64,000 bases of DNA from a virus (Duplodnaviria; Heunggongvirae; Uroviricota; Caudoviricetes): positions 106,906 to 170,905 of IMG/VR virus record IMGVR_UViG_3300042558_002764; one strand, given 5' to 3'. Every line of letters begins with the position of its first letter. Position 1 is the stretch's first letter. Position numbers and translations under genes: made by a program. The notes under the pieces are model-generated. The model was not told the origin of the DNA and made no database searches. It saw nothing but the letters and a program-made list of their open reading frames with translations. Shown here piece after piece: positions 20,209 through 29,670 of this stretch.

Positions 20209-20216
20209 ATAGATAA
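20209..20216 (+). promoter_or_regulatory. -7 box TATATTTG with no ORF downstream.
   Basis: TAnnTTTG match in the intergenic region. The nearest downstream element is the terminator at 20262. Confidence 0.4.
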
Positions 20217-20221
20217 GGAAA

Positions 20222-20290
20222 TAAATTAAATGTTCTTATTGTCAGAATACATTAAGAACAGCCACGGTCAGAACACCGTGGTTTTTTTTT
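20222..20290 (+). ncRNA. Candidate small RNA running from the promoter to the terminator.
   Basis: -7 box, then hairpin GTTCTTA/TAAGAAC, then terminator hairpin CCACGGT/ACCGTGG with a T9 run. No plausible CDS. Confidence 0.3.
20262..20290 (+). terminator. Rho-independent terminator.
   Basis: 7-bp GC stem plus nine T residues. Confidence 0.7.
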
Positions 20291-20343
20291 GCATAAAATT
20301 TTTTTTATACTTTATTCTTGCATATTTATTAATAAAAAAGTAA

Positions 20344-20766
20344 ATGAGTGTAAAGTATATTATCGACAACGCCGACAGTTTATTATCAGAACAAATAATA
20401 ACGGGTGATTTATTAGTGACTAACATAATATCAGGAGCAACCTTTTATGGTGATGGTTCTGGTTTAATTGGTGTTAGTGGTTCTTTTACTGGTGGTACTG
20501 TAACAGGACCTACTGAGTTTACAAGTGGTTTATCAGCTGACACAATTTACGCCAATTATTTTATTGGGGACGGTTCTCAGTTAGCTGGGGTAGTTGGTCT
20601 TACTTATACCGATTTAGGGTTTACAGTAACATCACCGGCACCCTCAACTATAAATCAAAATGTAGTTTTACCTTATAATTCAACAGTAACTTATCCAACA
20701 CCTTTAACAGTTGACCCAGGTTTTTCTGTTACAGTACCATCTGGAACAACATTATCAGTAATCTAA
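20344..20766 (+). CDS. Tail-fibre-like protein, member 1.
   Basis: N-terminus MSVKYIIDNADSLLSEQIITGDLLVTN..YGDGSGL is homologous to the N-terminus of the ORF at 21582. Confidence 0.45.
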   Translation: MSVKYIIDNADSLLSEQIITGDLLVTNIISGATFYGDGSGLIGVSGSFTGGTVTGPTEFTSGLSADTIYANYFIGDGSQLAGVVGLTYTDLGFTVTSPAPSTINQNVVLPYNSTVTYPTPLTVDPGFSVTVPSGTTLSVI

Positions 20767-20811
20767 TATATAAAATAATAATAAAATAATAATAAAATAA
20801 AAAAAAACAAA

Positions 20812-21558
20812 ATGAGTCAAATTAATGTAAATACAATAAATTCAGCTGGAGACCCAAGTATATCAATAAGTGTTCCGTTTAGATATTCATCATCAGTAGC
20901 TACAGGTGGTAGTTCTTCAGCTATAGGAAGTTCTGTTACAGCAACAGGTTCTGGTTCACATGCTGAAGGATGGCAAACTTTAGCTTCAGGAAATTTTGGT
21001 TCACATGCTGAGGGGTATCAAACTTCAGCAACAACACAATCATCACACACTGAGGGTTCACAAACTTTAGCTTCAGGAAATAACGCACACGCTGAAGGGG
21101 AACAAACTATAGCTTCTGGTGCTTCTTCACACGCTGAAGGGGAGGATAGTGTAGCTTCAGGTACTTCTTCACACGCTGAAGGTAAAACTACAATAGCATC
21201 GGGAAATTATTCACATTCACAAGGATACCAAACAACAGCGGGAGGTGATTACTCACACGCGAGTGGTTCTGCTACTATTGCTAGTAATACATCTTCATTT
21301 ATTCATTGTAATTCTGGTACTGTTGATGCTATTGCTGGAGCCGTTTTGGGTGGTACAAGTAATATTTTAACTAATACAGCTACAAATAGTGCTATTATAG
21401 GTGGTAATAATATTACAGGGTCAACATCAAACACAGTTTATGTACCAGAACTAGAAGTGACATCAGTTGGTTTTGGTATAATATTACAATCTTCTAATGG
21501 TACTAGATATAGAGTAACAGTATCGAATGGTGGTGCATTGACTGTAACAGCAGCATAA
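20812..21558 (+). CDS. Fibre or adhesin-like protein with Hep_Hag-like SHAEG-QT-ASG tandem repeats.
   Basis: At least seven repeats of S-H-A-E-G-x-Q-T-x-A-S-G, as in YadA-head-like phage fibres. Confidence 0.5.
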   Translation: MSQINVNTINSAGDPSISISVPFRYSSSVATGGSSSAIGSSVTATGSGSHAEGWQTLASGNFGSHAEGYQTSATTQSSHTEGSQTLASGNNAHAEGEQTIASGASSHAEGEDSVASGTSSHAEGKTTIASGNYSHSQGYQTTAGGDYSHASGSATIASNTSSFIHCNSGTVDAIAGAVLGGTSNILTNTATNSAIIGGNNITGSTSNTVYVPELEVTSVGFGIILQSSNGTRYRVTVSNGGALTVTAA

Positions 21559-21581
21559 AATTTATTAATAAAAAGAAAATT

Positions 21582-22073
21582 ATGTCTACACAATACATTA
21601 TTAATAATAACGACGGTCTATTATCTGGACAAACAATTAGTGGAGATTTAACGGTAACTAATTCTTTATCAGCCACAACATATTATGGTGATGGTTCTGG
21701 TTTAAGTAACATAGGAGTTAGCCAACCTTATAAAGTTTATACGGCTTTATTAAATCAGGGTGGTGTTGGTATTGCTCCGACAGCTAGGGTATTAGAGAAT
21801 ACTTTAGGTGTTATAACTTGGGAGTATATCGATGCAGGTATATATTATGGGACATTAACTAGTGCTTTTACACCTTCTAGTAGTGCTTTTACTTATGACA
21901 AAACAGTTGTGTTTGTACAAAGGTATCTATCTCTTTCTGCCGCAGGAGGTGGTAAAGATGTTGTTGCGTATAGGGGCAGTGATGAGAGTATTACTGTTGT
22001 AACAATGGACAATGTTGATTACATTAATAATGTTTTATATGAACAAGGAATAGAAATAAGGTTGTATGATTAA
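21582..22073 (+). CDS. Tail-fibre-like protein, member 3.
   Basis: The N-terminal 45 aa are paralogous to the ORF at 20344. Confidence 0.45.
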   Translation: MSTQYIINNNDGLLSGQTISGDLTVTNSLSATTYYGDGSGLSNIGVSQPYKVYTALLNQGGVGIAPTARVLENTLGVITWEYIDAGIYYGTLTSAFTPSSSAFTYDKTVVFVQRYLSLSAAGGGKDVVAYRGSDESITVVTMDNVDYINNVLYEQGIEIRLYD

Positions 22074-22076
22074 AAT

Positions 22077-22111
22077 ATAAAAAAACCACAATTAATGTTG
22101 TGGTTTTTTTT
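22077..22111. terminator. Bidirectional rho-independent terminator.
   Basis: A-run, stem CCACAA/TTGTGG, T-run. Sits between convergent genes. Confidence 0.65.
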
Positions 22112-22112
22112 A

Positions 22113-22508
22113 TTATGGAACAAATATTTGTAATTGTCCAGCACTTACAGTAAAATCAGGTTTTTTCATCACGGTGATTGTGACCAGATTCCAATGATTT
22201 GTTTCTAATTTTTCAGGATTAATAATAACATTTAAATTATCACCACCTTCTCTTGAAACTATAAATCTTCTATTAGGTCTTATTTCATTATCTATAATAC
22301 TATAAATTATTTCATCTTTAGCATCCTCAAGTAGGTTAATAATGTCATAATCATATATTTTTTCACCACTCCCGTGTCTCCATTTTCTTTGTGCTGTATG
22401 ACCACCTGTATCATGATATAAGTCAAAAGTAAAAGTAATTTCACTACTTAACTCATGAAATTTTTCTTCCCTTAAGATAGTTTCTTTTATTAAAGATTTA
22501 ATATTCAT
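22113..22508 (-). CDS. Hypothetical protein, an isolated minus-strand gene.
   Basis: 131-aa ORF, convergent with the fibre genes. Confidence 0.45.
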   Translation of the reverse strand: MNIKSLIKETILREEKFHELSSEITFTFDLYHDTGGHTAQRKWRHGSGEKIYDYDIINLLEDAKDEIIYSIIDNEIRPNRRFIVSREGGDNLNVIINPEKLETNHWNLVTITVMKKPDFTVSAGQLQIFVP

Positions 22509-22585
22509 ATTTTATAAATATTTATATAAGTATTAAACGATATACTTTTAAAATAAAATTAATTAAAATTAAAAATAAAAAGGCT

Positions 22586-22915
22586 ATGAAAAAAATTATT
22601 GAGTTTGTAAAAAAATATAAAATCTACATTTTATCGGGATTATTATTTATCTTCTTTTTCCGTTCTTGTATTAAATCAGGTGAGGTAAGAAAGTTGGATA
22701 AAATTAAAACTAAAAATGAAAGAGTTATTGATAGTTTAACTTCTGTTGTTAACGGACAAAAAGACACTATTAATAATATTTCTGAAGTAATTAGAATGGA
22801 AAAAATTAGAGTCCATAGAAATTATGATAATTATATTTCTTCTAAAGACAGGGGTGACCAATTAATGGAACTCCATATGGTTGTGAAAAAAAATATTAAA
22901 GAACTAGAAAAATGA
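22586..22915 (+). CDS. Small membrane protein.
   Basis: N-terminal transmembrane segment IYILSGLLFIFFF. Confidence 0.4.
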   Translation: MKKIIEFVKKYKIYILSGLLFIFFFRSCIKSGEVRKLDKIKTKNERVIDSLTSVVNGQKDTINNISEVIRMEKIRVHRNYDNYISSKDRGDQLMELHMVVKKNIKELEK

Positions 22916-23871
22916 GAAAAATAATTAATTGGGTTAAGGACAACCCAAACAGAAGTATGTTCTTGTTACCTATTATATTGGTAGCAGGAATTTCTATTTC
23001 ACACGTTGTTTCTTGGTATGATATTACTAACCCATTTAGTTGGGCAGTTTACTTATCAGTCGCTATTGAAATAGGTGCTATGACAGCTTTGGTCGCAGCA
23101 ACAAATAAAATGAAAGGTGGGGTTTGGTTTATGTTTGGATTGATTACACTAATCCAAATGATTGGTAACATATTCTTCTCATTTAAAGAAATTGACGCAA
23201 ACGGTTCTTTATTTAAATCTTGGGTTGAACTTACGGGTCCACTTTGGGATATGATTGGTTCAGATTCTACCGATGTTGTTTCCATGAAAAGATGGTTGGC
23301 ATTTTTAGAGGGTGGATTACTACCTATTATATCACTAACCTCACTACATTTCTTTGTTAAGTATGAAAAATCTAATTCCCCAAAAAAGGAAGAGATTTCT
23401 CCAAATGAAGAGGTAATTACTGTAAATCAAGTACAAATTGAAGAAACCAATTCCCCAAAAGAAGATGAAAACTTGTTTCAAGAAGAGGTTTATTTACCTA
23501 CAAAGGAAGAGGCTTTAATCGAAATAAATGAGACTCTTAATAAAGAGGTTAAAAAAGTTTGGGCAAAAGTTGAGGAATTAAGAGAAGAAAGTAAATTACC
23601 TGAAACAACAGAAGAGGATGATTCATCTGAACCTACCACTTTAGCTAATTCTGAATATAGACTAGAAGAAATTAATGAGGAGGATGATGAACAACCATTG
23701 TTAGTTGAAGAAGAAAATCCTGAAGATGAAATAATTATTCCCATGACAGGAGACACTAGAGTAGTTGAAGTTGGAACAGATATTAAAGCTGGAAAAACTT
23801 TGGGTGATGAATTAACTAAAAGTTGGAATAGAATAATCAAAAAAAATAACACTATCGATAGATTAGGTTAA
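22912..23871 (+). CDS. Membrane protein with an acidic C-terminal tail.
   Basis: Four predicted transmembrane helices, then an E/D-rich low-complexity tail. Confidence 0.45.
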   Translation: MRKIINWVKDNPNRSMFLLPIILVAGISISHVVSWYDITNPFSWAVYLSVAIEIGAMTALVAATNKMKGGVWFMFGLITLIQMIGNIFFSFKEIDANGSLFKSWVELTGPLWDMIGSDSTDVVSMKRWLAFLEGGLLPIISLTSLHFFVKYEKSNSPKKEEISPNEEVITVNQVQIEETNSPKEDENLFQEEVYLPTKEEALIEINETLNKEVKKVWAKVEELREESKLPETTEEDDSSEPTTLANSEYRLEEINEEDDEQPLLVEEENPEDEIIIPMTGDTRVVEVGTDIKAGKTLGDELTKSWNRIIKKNNTIDRLG

Positions 23872-24455
23872 TGATTAACGAAATATCATATCTTTTAGGT
23901 GAAAATAATTACTACAAACAAACCTACGAAAAAACTCAAATAGTAGTTGGTCATAATAGTAGAAAAGATATGCGTCACTACCATTCATGGATTAATAGGA
24001 GAAATGGTGGTTATAAAAAAACAGCCACCTTCTCAATAGATAAGGATGGTTCTATTTATAAACATTACGACCCAAAATACTATTCAGATTTTTTAGGTTG
24101 TGAACAAGATAAATGTAATATATCAATAGTATTAGTTAACGAAGGTTGGGTAAAATTAAACGATATGAACGTGTTTGTTGACTGGTTAGGGCATACTTAT
24201 AGTAAAAATAGTGATTTATTAGAAAAGAATTGGAGGAACTATAAATATTGGATAAAATACACCGAAAAACAGTTTGATTCCCTTAATTATTTAATAAATC
24301 ATTTATGTGAAAACTATAATATTAAAAATAAATTTATTGGTCATAATGTTTATGATGAAAATATAGATTTATTTAAAGGAATAACTTTTAGGAGTAATTA
24401 CTTTAAGGATATAACGGATGTAAGTCCGGCTTTTGAATTTGAAAAAATAAAATAA
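23871..24455 (+). CDS. Possible amidase_2/PGRP-like peptidoglycan amidase (weak call).
   Basis: IVVGHNS...H..W...GY...DG.IY loosely resembles T7-lysozyme-type amidase motifs. Confidence 0.3.
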   Translation: MINEISYLLGENNYYKQTYEKTQIVVGHNSRKDMRHYHSWINRRNGGYKKTATFSIDKDGSIYKHYDPKYYSDFLGCEQDKCNISIVLVNEGWVKLNDMNVFVDWLGHTYSKNSDLLEKNWRNYKYWIKYTEKQFDSLNYLINHLCENYNIKNKFIGHNVYDENIDLFKGITFRSNYFKDITDVSPAFEFEKIK

Positions 24456-24456
24456 A

Positions 24457-25008
24457 ATGGATGATAGAAAATTTTTAGACAAAATTAGAAAATTACAAGA
24501 AAGTGGTCAAAAAATTGGTCTAACAGAATCTACTGTAGGTAAATCTACATTAAAAGACTCTAGTTTTAGAAGACTTTTAAAAGAGTACGAGGAAAATACT
24601 AATATACAAACAGTTGAACCTGACGAACAAAGAGACGAAGAAAATAAGTTTAAAGATACTGTATCTAAATTGGTTAAATTTAACCCAATTAAGGTACATA
24701 AAGAAAACGTTGAGTGGTCAGGAAATCTTGTAAGAGAAAAGATTCAATGGAACTACTCACTAGATGAAAAAATTGGTTGTTATATTCAATCAATGACAGA
24801 TGGAGGTACTTCAGCACCAATTCAATTAACGGATGATACTTTAGAAGTTATTAAAAAACTTAGAGGTTATTATGATGTATGGAGTGATGAATGGTCAGCA
24901 AGATTAACGGGTGGTTCAGCAGAAGAAACAACCGAAGAAACACCAGTAGAAACTGCACCCACAGAAGCAGGTACAGAAGGTAAAGAAACAGGAGGATTTG
25001 GATTTTAA
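24457..25008 (+). CDS. Hypothetical acidic protein.
   Basis: ORF. Confidence 0.4.
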   Translation: MDDRKFLDKIRKLQESGQKIGLTESTVGKSTLKDSSFRRLLKEYEENTNIQTVEPDEQRDEENKFKDTVSKLVKFNPIKVHKENVEWSGNLVREKIQWNYSLDEKIGCYIQSMTDGGTSAPIQLTDDTLEVIKKLRGYYDVWSDEWSARLTGGSAEETTEETPVETAPTEAGTEGKETGGFGF

Positions 25009-25010
25009 TT

Positions 25011-25817
25011 ATGAAAGGTATTAATTTAAAAGACACCATTTTATTTGGTGGTATTATGTTTTTAATCATTTTACTTATGATGAGTAGATGTGAAAAAACT
25101 AAAATGGAAAAAGACTTGTATGAACAAGTTAGAGCAACAAATAAAGAAATTGTTAAAAACAGTAAACTAATAAAAGAAAAAGACGGGCAATACTCTAAGT
25201 TTGTCAATAATTTCAACGACCAAAAAGATTTACTTAAACAATTAAAGGAAGAAAATAAAGATTTATATAAAACAATCAAAAAAAGTGATGAAAAACTTTT
25301 AATGATTAATAATACATTGATTACACTAGAAGGACAAGTTTCGGAAGGTTTTGGTAAAATTAATCCTAGTGATAGTAATTTAATTGATTTAAAATTAAAA
25401 TACCCTAACGACAAAGATTGGTTTATTTCTTGGGATGGTACAGTACATAAGAAGACAGCTTTCTATAAAGGTGACTGGACTTTTGGTAAATTACCTTTAC
25501 AGATTATTTTAACTGAAACAGATAAAGGTATATGGAATAGTAGATTAATTGGACCAGAATGGTTAAAGGTTGATAAAATGGAGGTTAATGCTATTAAACC
25601 TGAAGACATTACATCACCATATGTACCACAACCACGTAATTTTGGACTTATGTTAGGTGGTGGTTATGTAAAAGGATTTGCTAATCCAACAACTAACGCA
25701 CTTTCAATAGGTATAGGTGGGTTCTTTAAAAATCATTCAGTAATAGTTAATGGAACAACTAATAGTACGATAGGCTTTAATTATTATTACAGATTTGTTA
25801 CTTTTAAGAAAAAATAA
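25011..25817 (+). CDS. Hypothetical membrane-anchored protein.
   Basis: N-terminal transmembrane segment. Confidence 0.45.
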   Translation: MKGINLKDTILFGGIMFLIILLMMSRCEKTKMEKDLYEQVRATNKEIVKNSKLIKEKDGQYSKFVNNFNDQKDLLKQLKEENKDLYKTIKKSDEKLLMINNTLITLEGQVSEGFGKINPSDSNLIDLKLKYPNDKDWFISWDGTVHKKTAFYKGDWTFGKLPLQIILTETDKGIWNSRLIGPEWLKVDKMEVNAIKPEDITSPYVPQPRNFGLMLGGGYVKGFANPTTNALSIGIGGFFKNHSVIVNGTTNSTIGFNYYYRFVTFKKK

Positions 25818-25822
25818 TTGTC

Positions 25823-26149
25823 ATGAGTAGTAATTTACAGGTTAAAAGATTAATAGAAGAAATACAAGAAAACAGTCACAAAAAAGTTATTGTTTACGCA
25901 TTAGATGGTTGTCCAGCGTGTGAAGAGTTTAAAAGTAAGATTGATAAAATAGGTCTTGTTTTTGAAAATATCGGTATGGATGGTAACGACGTTATGTGGA
26001 AAATGTTAAGTGAAAAAGGTGGTAGTGACTTTGTTCCACAAGTTGAAGTGGAGGGTTATTTGATTAAAGAGGAAGAATATGAAACTGTTAATGAGTTGGT
26101 TAGTAAGACCTTATCGAGACTCTTAGAACGAAAAATTATAATTAAATAA
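25823..26149 (+). CDS. Glutaredoxin/NrdH-like redoxin.
   Basis: CPAC active-site motif in a thioredoxin-fold context (VIVYALDGCPACEEFK). Confidence 0.5.
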   Translation: MSSNLQVKRLIEEIQENSHKKVIVYALDGCPACEEFKSKIDKIGLVFENIGMDGNDVMWKMLSEKGGSDFVPQVEVEGYLIKEEEYETVNELVSKTLSRLLERKIIIK

Positions 26150-26160
26150 TTAAAAAATTA

Positions 26161-26190
26161 AAACCACTTAAAATTTAGGTGGTTTTTTTA
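26161..26190 (+). terminator. Rho-independent terminator.
   Basis: Stem AACCAC/GTGGTT plus a T-run. Confidence 0.6.
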
Positions 26191-26244
26191 TGCTCAGAAG
26201 ATATTTATCTAATAAATAATAATCGATTATTAAAAAAACACAAA

Positions 26245-26409
26245 ATGGCAAAGGTATTAAGATACAATGAAGAAGAATTCGTAACTCTATTAGAGAACAT
26301 CGTAAAAAGAGTTAAAAAAGAACAAATGTTAGAAGAGGCTAGAAAAAATAGAAAAGCTAACCTATCTGAAAATTTCAATAGACTTAGAGAAAGAAGAAGT
26401 CGTAATTAA
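26245..26409 (+). CDS. Small basic protein. Start moved to the ATG at 26245.
   Basis: The track start at 26179 overlaps the terminator. An internal ATG gives MAKVLRYNEE. Confidence 0.3.
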   Translation: MAKVLRYNEEEFVTLLENIVKRVKKEQMLEEARKNRKANLSENFNRLRERRSRN

Positions 26410-26411
26410 TA

Positions 26412-26681
26412 ATGAAAAGTCTTATTAAACAAGTCCTTAAGGAAGAACTAACTCGTGCCGATAAAGCTGAAATTAAAAAAATAGCAAGGACCGAGTTTGA
26501 AGACATGCTTAAAAGTTCCAACATCAAATCAAAGATAGAGGATATTGTTAAAAAACAACTTAAAAACGATAAAGCAACCCAAAAAGAAGTTGCTGATATC
26601 ACACAAAAAGTATTAGTACAATTCTATAAAACCCTTTGGACTAGAAGAAGTTTTTGGGCTAATAAATTAGATAACATATAA
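26412..26681 (+). CDS. Hypothetical Lys-rich protein.
   Basis: ORF. Confidence 0.4.
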   Translation: MKSLIKQVLKEELTRADKAEIKKIARTEFEDMLKSSNIKSKIEDIVKKQLKNDKATQKEVADITQKVLVQFYKTLWTRRSFWANKLDNI

Positions 26682-28309
26682 TGTCATATAATTTAATTAA
26701 TAGAGACCCAATAGCTAAAGTAGGGATGAGAATCCGTATGGGTGAATTTGATGCCAACAATCCATCTAAAAAAAATTCTGAATGGAAACCTGATGTAAGT
26801 GCAGTAAAAAAAGATTTAGAAGGTACTATATATAAAATAGATGACATTGGTACCTTACATGTTAAGTGGGACAACGGGAGTACAATGGGGATTATACCTA
26901 ATATAGACACTTATACGTTATTACCATCTTTAAAAGACCAGGTAGATTTTAATGTTTTTGAGGCTGAAGATAAACCTATTTTAAATAATAGTAAGGCAAC
27001 TCCAGCAGGAAAAAATCTATCAAAAAAGTTTAAAGCACCAATGAAAAAACTTGGTGTAAAATCTGAATCTGAGGAAAAAAATCTATCAAAAGAGGTTGAT
27101 TGTGAAATGTGTGACCATTCTTGGGACATAGAACCAAAAGAAAAACACCCATACTTATGTCATGATTGTGGTTACGATAACAAATCTAAAAAATATAACT
27201 ACAAAGAACTTGAAAACTTTCGGAAGAAACATAAAAAAGAGGGTGAGTTAGAAGAAACTATGACAGCCGGTGGAGGAAATGGTTTAGCTGGTGCATCAGG
27301 TTATGCATTTACAGGTTCATTAGGTGGTACCAAAAAAACAAACGAAAACAAAATCATTAAAGTAAAAGATTTAATGAAAGAAGAAACTACCACAAGTGCT
27401 ATTTCAGCAACGGTAGATTTTGTGGTAGCTAATTTATTGGGTTGGGGTACAAAGGAGGATATGAGTCCACCTTGGCCTTCACCTAAAAGAAAAGCTGATA
27501 ATAATGAAATAGAAGATTGGTGGTGGCAAAAAATACCAACATACAATGGTGGTGTTATAACAGACCCTTATGCCAAAACAAACGAAACTTGGGACGACGA
27601 CCAATTAGAGGTTCATATTGACGGTGATATGACGCAATTTCAAAAAGACGTTTATAAAAACCCTAAAAAATATAAACAATCTGTTATTACAATTGACAAG
27701 GGGTTTGACCTTAACGTTAGTCCACCAAATAATGATTGGAAAACATCATTACAAAAAGGGGTAACTTTAAAAAACCAAAAATCAGAAGAACCCGCTGAAC
27801 ATTTTCGTAATAGACACTATTCAAGAACCATCAAGAAAGAAGAGGTATCTAATTTTGTAAATGATTTACTTTCAGAATCTAAGAAAAAAGAAAAGGAAAA
27901 AGAGGATTTAGAAGAAACAACAACATTTGGTTCTGTATTTGGTGGTGGTTTCCCTGTAGGTCCTGCTTTTGCAGCTAAGAAAGGGAAATGGACACCATCT
28001 AAAAAACCTATATGGAAAGGTGGTAAAATCATCCAAAGATTAGATAATACTGGTATTCTAGGTGAAAACACTTTATTTACTGAAATAAATAAAATTAAGT
28101 TTGTCCCAAAAGGAGGTAAATTTGTTAAGATTAAAGACAAATGTGCTAAATATAATAACCAACCATGGTGTAGTCAGGGAGCAATAGATAAACCTTTAGA
28201 ACTTAGTAATAATACCTTTGAAAGTATTAAAAAAGTCTCTAAAGAAACTGGTTTACCTTTTAATATTATCTTAGATAAAATCAAATTAAAGATACTAAAC
28301 AATAAATAA
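26681..28309 (+). CDS. Hypothetical Lys-rich protein with a zinc ribbon.
   Basis: CEMCDH...CHDCGY motif. 542 aa. Confidence 0.5.
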   Translation: MSYNLINRDPIAKVGMRIRMGEFDANNPSKKNSEWKPDVSAVKKDLEGTIYKIDDIGTLHVKWDNGSTMGIIPNIDTYTLLPSLKDQVDFNVFEAEDKPILNNSKATPAGKNLSKKFKAPMKKLGVKSESEEKNLSKEVDCEMCDHSWDIEPKEKHPYLCHDCGYDNKSKKYNYKELENFRKKHKKEGELEETMTAGGGNGLAGASGYAFTGSLGGTKKTNENKIIKVKDLMKEETTTSAISATVDFVVANLLGWGTKEDMSPPWPSPKRKADNNEIEDWWWQKIPTYNGGVITDPYAKTNETWDDDQLEVHIDGDMTQFQKDVYKNPKKYKQSVITIDKGFDLNVSPPNNDWKTSLQKGVTLKNQKSEEPAEHFRNRHYSRTIKKEEVSNFVNDLLSESKKKEKEKEDLEETTTFGSVFGGGFPVGPAFAAKKGKWTPSKKPIWKGGKIIQRLDNTGILGENTLFTEINKIKFVPKGGKFVKIKDKCAKYNNQPWCSQGAIDKPLELSNNTFESIKKVSKETGLPFNIILDKIKLKILNNK

Positions 28310-28334
28310 AGATATTTATAATAAAAACATAGAC

Positions 28335-29303
28335 ATGTCAAATAAGATTAATAAACTAGTTAAAAAGAACTTAAATACTTTACTTGAAACTAAAGGATTT
28401 GAGGATATGGAAGTTGCTTTTGGTGTTAAACACAAAAGTGATAACCTTTCTGACGCTGAAAAAGGCCAATTTGGTTCAATGGAGTCAATCCAAGACAAAG
28501 AAAGTGGTGTTGTTAAATTAGGTACTTCTACTGTACAACCAGCATTAAATAAAGTACATAAAGAAGATGTGAAAGATGCTGAAGAGTATTACAAAATGGT
28601 TTTGGATAGAATGAGAAACTTCCAAAAGACAGATACTTCTGAACCATCACAAATTGGTGAGGCTTTTAAACCTAAAAAGGTTAATAGAGAAGATGACCAA
28701 ACAAAAGATTATGATGTATATGATACTGAAGCTTTAGGACCTGGTATGTTAGCACTAAAATATGATAATGAAGGAACACCTGTTCACGATGAATTCGTGA
28801 AAAGACAAGATGAGTTAAACGGTAACGACTCTACATATCTAAAATTAAGAGGTTATTCAGAAAAGTATTTAAAACACAAATACGGAACACCTGATGAATA
28901 CCACTACTCACCAAAAGTTAGAACAACTGATAAACCTATTGCTGAATCAGATAAAAAATACTCTGACGTTATTGAAGAAAATATATTCAAAACAAAAAGT
29001 AAGATAACATCAAAAGAACAGGTTATTAGATTAACAGAAAAGTTACCTTCTAGAGTTAAGATTGATGAGACAGTATTTGCTGTTACTGACGGTAATAACT
29101 ATTATAGATTGATTTGGGAAGGTGAAGAAGACGGTGAAGCGGTTATTACACACGAAAAAAATACTAAGGTAGTTAGTGAGTCGATTGATAAAATGAAACA
29201 TTTGTGGGGTTATAAAGCATCGGATTCTATTTCCACTAAAAACATTGTTAAAGAAAACGAAGAAGATAAGTTTAAAACATTATTTAGACAAATGAAAAAA
29301 TAA
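28335..29303 (+). CDS. Hypothetical protein.
   Basis: ORF. Confidence 0.5.
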   Translation: MSNKINKLVKKNLNTLLETKGFEDMEVAFGVKHKSDNLSDAEKGQFGSMESIQDKESGVVKLGTSTVQPALNKVHKEDVKDAEEYYKMVLDRMRNFQKTDTSEPSQIGEAFKPKKVNREDDQTKDYDVYDTEALGPGMLALKYDNEGTPVHDEFVKRQDELNGNDSTYLKLRGYSEKYLKHKYGTPDEYHYSPKVRTTDKPIAESDKKYSDVIEENIFKTKSKITSKEQVIRLTEKLPSRVKIDETVFAVTDGNNYYRLIWEGEEDGEAVITHEKNTKVVSESIDKMKHLWGYKASDSISTKNIVKENEEDKFKTLFRQMKK

Positions 29304-29308
29304 TCACT

Positions 29309-29635
29309 ATGGCAAATGAAAAAAAAATAAACACGGAACCAACAAAAAAGAAGTGGTATTCAGTAGCAGCAGAAAAAATTAAATGGTTTTTTACTGAAGT
29401 TATGAATATGTATTCAGCTAGTGATTCTTATTTTTCTAAAAAAAGAATTGAATCTGGTGTAGCTTTTGTTATAGCTCAATGGGGGATGATATTTTTTTTA
29501 ATGGAAAAACATAGTAAACTAAGTATGGGTGAATTTCTATTATGGGCTTCAGCGGAATTTGCGGTCGCGGGATGGATGATTACTAAAATACAGAAAGAAA
29601 AAAATACAAATCATAACGAAGAAAACCCTCAGTAA
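29309..29635 (+). CDS. Holin-like small membrane protein.
   Basis: Two transmembrane helices (GVAFVIAQWGMIFFLM and FLLWASAEFAVAGWMI) and a charged C-terminus. Lies upstream of the lysozyme. Confidence 0.4.
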   Translation: MANEKKINTEPTKKKWYSVAAEKIKWFFTEVMNMYSASDSYFSKKRIESGVAFVIAQWGMIFFLMEKHSKLSMGEFLLWASAEFAVAGWMITKIQKEKNTNHNEENPQ

Positions 29636-29648
29636 GAGGGTTTTTTTA
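29622..29648 (+). terminator. Rho-independent terminator.
   Basis: Stem AACCCTC/GAGGGTT plus a T7 run. Confidence 0.6.
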
Positions 29649-29670
29649 TTTATAATCATATTTATGTAAT

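Noticed and set aside
14620-21290. Possible CRISPR array, based on tandem DNA repeats at 14620-14850 and 20965-21290.
   Set aside because: The repeats are in-frame, imperfect, and contiguous without unique spacers. They encode peptide repeats (EVIKEVIVEK and SHAEGxQTxASG). No cas genes are present.
26179-26244. Track start of ORF 26179-26409 (MVFLCSEDIYL...).
   Set aside because: The 5' part overlaps an intrinsic terminator hairpin and T-run. The internal ATG at 26245 is more plausible.
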